64,000 nt of DNA. Source: Rickettsiales bacterium. GTDB taxonomy: Bacteria; Pseudomonadota; Alphaproteobacteria; Rickettsiales; JABSSG01. The notes beneath the pieces were generated by a model. The model did no database searches. It was not told the DNA's origin and saw only the letters and a program-made list of their open reading frames with translations. Made by a program: the position numbers and the translations under genes. Each line of letters opens with the position of its first letter. The stretch's first letter is position 1. The stretch is taken from assembly GCA_013214525.1 (NCBI GenBank), contig JABSSG010000020.1, forward strand, positions 24,950 through 88,949, written 5' to 3'. Of this stretch, positions 56,946 to 64,000 are shown in pieces.

Positions 56946-57184
56946 ATATGAAAAGAGAAATCTAAGTTTGAATTTATAATCTTATTAGTAAGTTTACTAC
57001 TTGGGGCATTATTGTTTCAACGAAAAGTTGTTAAATTTGTTACAATATATAAAATTTAACAATTCAGAGATAGAAACATTTATATAAAAAAGAAATTTGC
57101 GTATACTTAATAACATACAAATTTTTATTGAAAATAAATATTATTAAATTATAAATATAAGCTTTTAAGATTTTTATAAATTAA

Positions 57185-58519
57185 ATGTTTATGATTGGTA
57201 CTTTATTTACTTTAAAGCAAATATTGCCTTTTTTAGAAAAGTTTGATGACATCTTATGGTCATACATAGGTGTTTATTTTATATTACTAACAGGATTATA
57301 TTTTACAATAAAATCTAAAGGATTCCAATTTAAAGCTATAGCAAAGGTCAGTTCTACTTATAAGCATCTTTATGGTGCTTCTAAGGATAAAGAAGCAAAG
57401 GGGATTAATCCATTTAAGCTTTATTTTGCATCAGTTGGAGGGATGATAGGCATTGGTAACTTAGTAGTAGTTGTTACTGCAATTACTGCAGGAGGACCAG
57501 GAGCACTTTTATGGTTATGGGCTTCTTCTTTTGCTGGCATGTTACTGAAATATTCAGAAATATTTTTAGGGGTAAAGTTTAGAGAGTCCAATAACAAAGG
57601 TGGTTATGATGGTGGACCAATGTTTTATCTCAAGAAAGCTTTTAATATTAAAATTCTACCAATTCTTTCAGCTATTTTGTTGTGTGTTTATGGTGCTGAA
57701 GTAGTGCAATTTAAGGCAATAAGCGATACTATATCGCAAACTTTTAGCATAGATTGGTTATTAGTTGCAGTTATAATATCTGCTTTGGTTTTATATTCTG
57801 CTATAGGTGGGGTAAGAAGGCTTGCAACTATTTGTACAGTTATTATGCCATTTTTTTTAATTGCATATTTTTTCATGTGCTTATGGGTTATTGGTAGCAA
57901 CTTTCATTTATTGCCTAATCTTTTGCTGACAGTGGTTAAATCTGCGTTTGTTGGTCATGCTCCTGTTGCTGGATTTTTAGGTAGTACAGCACTTGCATCT
58001 ATTCAGTATGGTGTAGCAAGAGCTGTTTACTCAGGTGATATAGGTATTGGGTATGATTCAATTGTGCAGAGCGAAACGAAAACTAAACATCCAGAGTATC
58101 AGGCAAGACTTGCAATATTTGGACAATTAACTGATACAATAATTTGTACTTGTACTGTACTTGTTGTGTTGTTAACAGGAGCTTGGTATGATCCATCTGT
58201 AAAAGAACCATCTCAGTATATTATTAAAGCACTCTCTTTGTACTTTCCGTATGTTGGTGTGTTTATGAGCATTCTGTTTTTCATAACAGGTTATTCAACA
58301 ATAATTGCCTATTTTACTGTAGGCACAAAATGTGCAAGTTTTATTATGCCTAAAATTGGCAAAAAAATTTATGTAACATTTGGTATTATAGCGTTCTTAC
58401 TAACAAAGTATTTTGATCAGAGTACCTTAATATTGATAATGAGTATTTCTGGGGGATTATTAATTGTAATGAATATTTCCGCTATAATTAAACTGCGTAA
58501 TTATATAAAGTTTCGTTAA
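57185..58519 (+). CDS. alanine/glycine:cation symporter (AGCS family)
   Basis: 444 aa with GGPGALLWLWASSFAGM and multiple TM segments. The ATG at 57191 is an alternative start. Confidence 0.82.
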   Translation: MFMIGTLFTLKQILPFLEKFDDILWSYIGVYFILLTGLYFTIKSKGFQFKAIAKVSSTYKHLYGASKDKEAKGINPFKLYFASVGGMIGIGNLVVVVTAITAGGPGALLWLWASSFAGMLLKYSEIFLGVKFRESNNKGGYDGGPMFYLKKAFNIKILPILSAILLCVYGAEVVQFKAISDTISQTFSIDWLLVAVIISALVLYSAIGGVRRLATICTVIMPFFLIAYFFMCLWVIGSNFHLLPNLLLTVVKSAFVGHAPVAGFLGSTALASIQYGVARAVYSGDIGIGYDSIVQSETKTKHPEYQARLAIFGQLTDTIICTCTVLVVLLTGAWYDPSVKEPSQYIIKALSLYFPYVGVFMSILFFITGYSTIIAYFTVGTKCASFIMPKIGKKIYVTFGIIAFLLTKYFDQSTLILIMSISGGLLIVMNISAIIKLRNYIKFR

Positions 58520-58692
58520 AATAGAATATGCTATTATATAGCATCTAATAGGCTAGTGTATTAGGAAGTCTAGTTTTGTTGCGTAATTTCAAGATGTTAT
58601 GTGTTTGTACAGTTCACGTTTTTCTTGAGTTATTAATAAAAATCAACTAATACATAGAGGTATTAAAAAATCAAATCAAATAAACAAAGAAT

Positions 58693-59394
58693 ATGTTGCC
58701 TGATTTTATAACTGATCTATCAAGTATCTCTGAGATATCTTTAGCAGAAAATATAGCAAATTCGCTGTTAATACCTCAAAATATATGTGAGGAAAATAAT
58801 GATTTTGAGCTTCCTGATGTAACTACTACACCTGAAGAGCATTTTCATTTTTTTGACTTGAATCTATCTCAACAAAAACTCAACATAATAAATGAGCTAA
58901 AATTTTCTACAAGCGTTGTTCTTGGACGTGATAAAGGAAGTATAATAAGAGGCTTAAATTATGCAGATTCAGATAATAAAATTTATGCAGAGGAAGCAGC
59001 AGATATTATTTATCATATTTCTAGCAATGTTGAAACACAATTAAAACAGCAGCTCAATTGTCATGTAAGCTGTAATACCGAGTTGTTTGTCCAATCTAAA
59101 CGTGCAGATAATGAATTAGGTTGGCATGTTGATGGTGGGTGTAGGGATGATGCATGTCCAGTTAAAACATGGAGAAGTATTATAGTATTAAGAGGACCGT
59201 CTACTCCTTTTCAACCAATTTCTTATAGTCAGTTAGAAGATGAAACATATAATTTAGATTGGAATTCTGATAAGATAATGAAAGCAATGTCAGGAAAACA
59301 AGAAGTGGTATTTAATAATAAAGCAGTTCATGGCATTCCTCCTATAAAAAAAGATCGTTTGAGAATTTTATGTCAGAGTGTTCCTGGCTTTTAG
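58693..59394 (+). CDS. hypothetical protein with HxD...H...R motif spacing reminiscent of Fe(II)/2-oxoglutarate dioxygenases (ORFan)
   Basis: 233-aa ORF. GWHVDGG is followed ~65 residues later by AVHGIPPIKKDRLR. This is a motif resemblance only. Confidence 0.5.
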   Translation: MLPDFITDLSSISEISLAENIANSLLIPQNICEENNDFELPDVTTTPEEHFHFFDLNLSQQKLNIINELKFSTSVVLGRDKGSIIRGLNYADSDNKIYAEEAADIIYHISSNVETQLKQQLNCHVSCNTELFVQSKRADNELGWHVDGGCRDDACPVKTWRSIIVLRGPSTPFQPISYSQLEDETYNLDWNSDKIMKAMSGKQEVVFNNKAVHGIPPIKKDRLRILCQSVPGF

Positions 59395-59414
59395 ATAAAT
59401 TAAAATCGGAAATA

Positions 59415-59560
59415 ATATATTAATTGTACTTAAAGAATTCTAGTTCTAAAGATAGAAAATAAAGTTAATATCAAAGTTCAAAAATTTGTAAATATCGTTG
59501 ATATACCTGTCCTCGCAGGGGGTATAAAAACTGGAGTCTTCAGGTATGGTTGAGTCATAT
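59415..59560. repeat. family A repeat, copy A6
   Basis: The left end atatattaattgtacttaaagaat matches A3. The core is tctaaagatagaaaataaagttaatatca...aaatatcgttgatat, with the GC hairpin cctgtcctcgcaggggg. It starts 20 nt after the stop of 58693-59394. Confidence 0.75.
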
Positions 59561-59631
59561 TTTTTGTATAAGTTCAAAGTTTTATTCTCTAACGGTGTGC
59601 TATGTGTGAACTTGATCTAAAATTGATAACT

Positions 59632-61176
59632 TTATAGTTTTTCGAGAGTCTTTGGAAATACTGTTACTTTATGTTTCTTATATAAGTAATTTAGGAACTC
59701 TTGATTAATTCCATCTGTAATAAAGTTTGCTAATTTTGCTTCTATAATTTTAGCTTGTTCAGAGGAAGGTTCTTCTGATGGTAATTGGATTTTTTTGACA
59801 AGAGCAAGTTGGAAAATATTTGTTTTTTTAGATCTAAAAATATTTGTGTATGAGTTTTTATTTTTCAGGCTAAATATACTCATTAGTAAGTTGGCATCAA
59901 TGTTAGGTGATGTTTTGCTTATAGTTATTTCTTGTACTGATATATTAGGATTATCTTTTATAATATCTTTCAGAGATTTTTTTTCAGATGTTATTAGATT
60001 ATAAAATTTTACAGCTTTTTCTTGAGATATTTTTTCTTTTTGCTCTAGCTGTATAAGTTTAATGATTTCTTTTTTAGTTTCTTCGTCTAATGGTTTGTGG
60101 TGAGTATCATAAATCTTAGAGACATTTAATATGTAATACCCAGATGCAATTTTATTTCCATCAATTAATATAGTATCAGATGGTTCATTTTCACTCGTCG
60201 AAAATACTTGAGTTAGAAATTGATTAAATTGAGGGATATTTTGAGAATTGCTACGGCTTATTTTTTCTACAAATTTATACGGCAATTTATGCTTTGTAGC
60301 TATTTCTTTAAGAGTGTTTCCAGCTGAAATTTCCTCTTCTATTTTTTTGACTTTATCATAAATTAGCTTGTTTATTTTATTGTTAACAAGATTATTGATT
60401 ATTTCTATATTATTTGGTTTATTGTTCTTTATAAGATCATTTTTAATTTCTTCTTTTAGTTGGTTTATTTTATTTTTATACTCATCAGGAGTAATTGTGA
60501 CATATTCAACGTCTCTAGACTCAGGAATTGCAAATTTATTTTTATGAGTGGAGTAGTAACTTTTTATATCTTTATCTGTAATAGGAGTATTAGTACTGCT
60601 TTCTGAAAGTTTTATAGTTATTAAATCAACAACTCTTTTTTGTTCTTCATAGTTATAAAATTCTCTAATTAGTTTTTTGGATGGAGAATAAGTTGTGAAA
60701 ATAGAGCTTAATATATTAATAGCAAGTTCGTCTTTGATGTTAGCTAGGAATTTGGATGCGTGAATTCCATTCATAGCAAGAGCATTTTTAAAAACATTTT
60801 TGTCAAATTTACCATCTTTATCTTTAAAGACTGACATTTTTCTTATAGTTTTTAAAGCTACATTTTCGCCGATAATTAAACCAAGACTATTAGCTTCTGC
60901 CTTTAACAGTTCGTTTTGTATTAGAATCTTTAATATTTCTTGATTGATATTTGAATCATCTATAGATTGCTTATATTTATTTGTGTTTCGTAGAAAGTTT
61001 GTTTTTACTCTTTTGAAATCTATTACGCTAACAAAATTTTTGTCCCCAATAGTAGCTACATAATTTTGGTTATTACTTCCTATCTTAATGCCCCAAATTA
61101 TAAGGCTTAATGCAAGAATCAGTAATAGAATTTTTGCTAAAGGGCTTTCAGAGAATTTTCTTAATTTTATAAACAT
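59632..61176 (-). CDS. ppiD: periplasmic chaperone PpiD-like (SurA/PPIase-domain family), N-terminally anchored
   Basis: 514 aa. An N-terminal TM segment follows MFIKLRKFSESPLAKI. It has SurA_N-like and degenerate parvulin regions. Confidence 0.7.
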   Translation of the reverse strand: MFIKLRKFSESPLAKILLLILALSLIIWGIKIGSNNQNYVATIGDKNFVSVIDFKRVKTNFLRNTNKYKQSIDDSNINQEILKILIQNELLKAEANSLGLIIGENVALKTIRKMSVFKDKDGKFDKNVFKNALAMNGIHASKFLANIKDELAINILSSIFTTYSPSKKLIREFYNYEEQKRVVDLITIKLSESSTNTPITDKDIKSYYSTHKNKFAIPESRDVEYVTITPDEYKNKINQLKEEIKNDLIKNNKPNNIEIINNLVNNKINKLIYDKVKKIEEEISAGNTLKEIATKHKLPYKFVEKISRSNSQNIPQFNQFLTQVFSTSENEPSDTILIDGNKIASGYYILNVSKIYDTHHKPLDEETKKEIIKLIQLEQKEKISQEKAVKFYNLITSEKKSLKDIIKDNPNISVQEITISKTSPNIDANLLMSIFSLKNKNSYTNIFRSKKTNIFQLALVKKIQLPSEEPSSEQAKIIEAKLANFITDGINQEFLNYLYKKHKVTVFPKTLEKL

Positions 61177-61228
61177 TCTTATTAATAATGATTAGATTGA
61201 TTTTTTGTAGTTAAGCAGTTTAGTTTAA

Positions 61229-61624
61229 TTACTTATGTATTTTACTATTTGATTTTAAATTATCTATAGAATCTTGTTTTCTGTTATTTTTTACTTTAGA
61301 TGATGTAGAATTGTTGTTTTTAGTTTGAGAATTATTGAGTTGTTTTGAAGAGGTTTGATTACCATTTGCAAATGGTGGTTTTTTTAACTTTTGTTTTGAT
61401 ATATTAGAATTTGAGGCTGTTTTCTTAGCTTTTGTTGAATTTTTGTTTCTTTGTGGAGATGGCAAGTTAAAATTAGGTGGTATGGATAAAGGTGGTCTAG
61501 TTGATATGTTTGATTCATTTGGTGTTGTATGATCTAGTTTAAAGATTTTAGAGCAGCTACTCAGAAGAAGAGTTGCAGTAACAGTGATGAATAAAATAGT
61601 GAGAGTTAATAATTTATTTTTCAT
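61229..61624 (-). CDS. lipoprotein, DUF3035-like, with N/S/K-rich tail
   Basis: 131 aa with the lipobox LLSSC and [14 protein letters not shown]. It overlaps the lspA stop by 4 nt. Confidence 0.6.
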   Translation of the reverse strand: MKNKLLTLTILFITVTATLLLSSCSKIFKLDHTTPNESNISTRPPLSIPPNFNLPSPQRNKNSTKAKKTASNSNISKQKLKKPPFANGNQTSSKQLNNSQTKNNNSTSSKVKNNRKQDSIDNLKSNSKIHK

Positions 61625-62070
61625 AATTTTTTGTTAAATATTATATTCCAGATAAGTATGGCTCCACCTAAACAAACAGAGGAATCAGCAATATTAAAAG
61701 CTGGCCAGTGAAAATCTGCTATATGCAGGTCTATAAAATCAAATACTGCACCGTATTTGATTCTGTCAATTAAGTTTCCTAAAGCTCCTCCTAGTATAAG
61801 TATATAAATTATTTTCATAATTTGTACAGAAGTCTTTAATAAGAGATATGTCAGTATTAAGGAAATAATGCCTGTTATAATTGTAAATATTATATTGCTA
61901 TATCTTCCAGAAAACATTCCAAAAGATATTCCTTCATTCCATACATACACTAAATTCAAGAATTTATTAACTTGAATTGGATGTATGCTTTGTGCAAGCA
62001 TATAGGTTTTACTTGTTTGATCTAATGCAACAATCATTATCAATATAAGAATAGAAGAAATATGTCGCAT
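61621..62070 (-). CDS. lspA: lipoprotein signal peptidase (signal peptidase II)
   Basis: 149 aa, 4 TM segments, with NEGISFGMF and the [15 protein letters not shown] motifs. Confidence 0.92.
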   Translation of the reverse strand: MRHISSILILIMIVALDQTSKTYMLAQSIHPIQVNKFLNLVYVWNEGISFGMFSGRYSNIIFTIITGIISLILTYLLLKTSVQIMKIIYILILGGALGNLIDRIKYGAVFDFIDLHIADFHWPAFNIADSSVCLGGAILIWNIIFNKKL

Positions 62071-62159
62071 AATTTGTTGATTGCTATACTTGAATATTTA
62101 CTAATGTTCCACAATAACTTGACTTTGGTGGTTTGTGAAGTGAAAAAATTAGTCTTATA

Positions 62160-62320
62160 AACCCCAGCTATGGATTACAAAAACATTATATTTTTGTCTA
62201 TTTTTGCTGCAAATCAGCAATTTTTTTTTGAAATAGCTAGGCTATTCCTTCATAAAAATTACTAATTTTCGCTAAAAATATCCTAAAACTCTAAAATCTT
62301 TGTAATCCATAGCTGGGGTT
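62160..62320. repeat. 161-bp palindromic element with perfect 22-bp terminal inverted repeats (element B)
   Basis: aaccccagctatggattacaaa (62160-62181) is the exact reverse complement of 62299-62320. The right end overlaps the rsmD stop codon by 2 nt. Confidence 0.88.
62204..62229 (+). terminator. canonical-looking intrinsic terminator carried inside element B (ttgctg-caaat-cagcaa + T9)
   Basis: A 6-bp stem and 5-nt loop are followed by nine T. It is oriented on the + strand, where no upstream gene exists. Confidence 0.35.
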
Positions 62321-62900
62321 ATAAACGTCTATAAATGTTTAGGACTGCTTTTCCATATTTTCTTGAGATAATTAAGGCGTAGTTTGAATCTAATGTGTAT
62401 TTTTCTTTTTCATGACTTTCAATTACTAATAGAGCATCTTCAGATAACCACTCTTTAGAAGTGAGTTCAAGTATTGGGTCTAAGATTAGATTTTTATTAA
62501 AAGGTGGATCAATGAAAGCTATTGAAACTTTTTGAGTAATATTAGATGGAGGGTAAGGTAAGTTTGTAGCATCACTTTTAATAATATTAACTTGAGACTG
62601 TATGCCTAGTTTTTTTGTATTAGCCTCAAGGGTTTTTATATTATGAATATTGTTTTCTATTATTATGCTTTTATTTGCTCCTCTTGAAATTGCTTCAAAA
62701 GTTAAAGCACCTGTGCCACCGAAAAGATCTATTGTAATTGCTTCTTCTAAAATAGGTTTATTAGTATTTTTATTTATAAATTTTCCGCTTGAGAGGGTGC
62801 TAAAAATAGCTTCTTTGACCCTTCCTGTCGTCGGTCTGTAATCATTTTCTTTTGTTATTAAAATATTTCTACCTTTAAGGGCGCCTGAAATTATTCTCAT
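62319..62900 (-). CDS. rsmD: 16S rRNA (guanine966-N2)-methyltransferase
   Basis: 193 aa with MRIISGALKGR, DLFGGTGALTFEAISRGA and IDPPF. Confidence 0.9.
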   Translation of the reverse strand: MRIISGALKGRNILITKENDYRPTTGRVKEAIFSTLSSGKFINKNTNKPILEEAITIDLFGGTGALTFEAISRGANKSIIIENNIHNIKTLEANTKKLGIQSQVNIIKSDATNLPYPPSNITQKVSIAFIDPPFNKNLILDPILELTSKEWLSEDALLVIESHEKEKYTLDSNYALIISRKYGKAVLNIYRRL

Positions 62901-63106
62901 AATGTTTTATTTTAGAATTAAGTTCTAATCTTAATGAATTAAGCTGAGTTTGCTATCTAAAAAACAAACTATATTGATTGTATCTGTGTCGTTTTTATTG
63001 ATCATCCCAATAATCGGAATATAGATTTTGTATTGCAGTTTAAATCTTAACAGTTACTTAACTTATTCTTTTTATAATAATAAATATTAATGAATAGGTG
63101 GTAGAA

Positions 63107-64000
63107 ATGGCTAAAAGAAAGTACTCAAGTGAAGAGATTGCTTTGATATTAGAACATATGCGAAATTTAGAATCTCAAAATCAATCATTAAGACAAGAAA
63201 ACGAAGAATATAAAGTAGAGTTAGAACATTCTAGGGATGTTAGTAGTAGAGCACAAGATGAAATAAATATATATGATGAACATGTAGAAGATTTAAAAAG
63301 GGATGTTTCTAGTTTGACTAAGGAAATAGAGGTAGCAGAACGAGAAAGTGCAACAACTAGAGAGGATATGAATGTGATAAGAGACGAATTGGCAATGACA
63401 AAAGATCTTCTTAAAAAAAGAGAGGAAGAAGTTGAAAGAGAGCGGAAGGCACATGCTGCAGAGCTTAAGGCTATGGATAAAAAACATGGTACAGAAGTAG
63501 GTGATTTGCACAAAAAACTGGATGAGTCTCTAGGGTTAGTAGAATCTGTATCAGATAGGGATAGGAAAGCAATTAATGCATTAAAGGCAAAAGTTGAAGA
63601 ATTATCACGTATAAATGAAGAGTATGTAAATGGAATCAATGAACGGGATGCTTTGATAGATGAATTTGCTTCACTGAATGAAGGGCTGCAAAGTCAATTA
63701 AGTGTAAGTGAGGATGAACGAAAAGAATTAGAAGGTATATTAGAAAGGATAGAACCGCCTGTGAAGCACGAAGATGTCAAAAGAGTATCAGTTATAGAGG
63801 ATGGAAAAAGTTTGGCTGAAGAGATATCAGAAGTAGGTCGTGGTGATACTAGTGAATATGACGTGCATTCTGGGGAAGAATATGGCGAGCTTGAAGATGA
63901 AATAGAGAGTCTAAATGCTAAGTTAGTAGATAAGGATAAAAAAATAGCGGAGTTAACGACTACTGTTAGTGGGGCTCAAAAAGAAGTAAGTAGTTTAAAG
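63107..64000 (+). CDS. large coiled-coil protein, N-terminal 298 codons (continues beyond window end)
   Basis: ATG at 63107 with an aggtgg RBS. The frame stays open to the window edge. The sequence is E/K/R/L-rich with a heptad-like character (MAKRKYSSEEIALILEHMRNLESQNQSLRQENEEYKVELEH...). The minus-strand ORFs 63181-63639 and 63293-63511 are shadows. Confidence 0.7.
   Translation, partial: MAKRKYSSEEIALILEHMRNLESQNQSLRQENEEYKVELEHSRDVSSRAQDEINIYDEHVEDLKRDVSSLTKEIEVAERESATTREDMNVIRDELAMTKDLLKKREEEVERERKAHAAELKAMDKKHGTEVGDLHKKLDESLGLVESVSDRDRKAINALKAKVEELSRINEEYVNGINERDALIDEFASLNEGLQSQLSVSEDERKELEGILERIEPPVKHEDVKRVSVIEDGKSLAEEISEVGRGDTSEYDVHSGEEYGELEDEIESLNAKLVDKDKKIAELTTTVSGAQKEVSSLK

Noticed and set aside
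63181-63639. Ser-rich minus-strand ORFs (63181-63639, 63293-63511)
   Set aside because: They are antisense shadows of the GAA/AAG-rich coiled-coil gene on the + strand, which has an RBS and stays open to the window end.

Overview
By eye this is a very AT-rich chromosome segment, roughly a third G+C or less (not computed). It looks like an alphaproteobacterial obligate-intracellular bacterium of the Rickettsiales/Holosporales type. Three things support that: an orphan 16S rRNA gene with no linked 23S/5S, a clear CtrA orthologue, and the alphaproteobacterial atpI-B-E-F'-F operon. Most of the window is compact housekeeping DNA read with the standard code: ffh, manC, dksA, gyrA, coaD, tmk, malic enzyme, clpA, ctrA, tal, recO, rsmE, xseB, glmM, ftsH, cca, rlmE, radA, ppiD, lspA, rsmD. 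It also has tRNA-Phe(GAA) and tRNA-Ser(GCU). Scattered among these are host-interaction-style or orphan genes: Sel1-repeat, ankyrin-like, patatin-like, an acidic pentapeptide-repeat protein, a coiled-coil protein and several ORFans. There is also a loose membrane-lipid neighbourhood: patatin, TetR-LplT-Aas, a ceramidase-like protein and an AsmA-like protein. The most unusual signal is non-coding. A dispersed palindromic MITE/RPE-like repeat family has at least 7 copies or fragments, all intergenic, often right after stop codons or tRNA 3' ends. Two further ~160-bp elements carry 22-24 bp perfect terminal inverted repeats. Two decayed tRNA-Phe copies lie beside the functional gene. Two envelope genes are broken at poly(A) tracts, and adding one A would restore each. 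The 16S decoding centre differs from E. coli at positions 1400 and 1409/1491 (aligned from memory). I found no CRISPR array, transposase, integrase or phage genes. No single gene cluster can be claimed as a new system from sequence alone.
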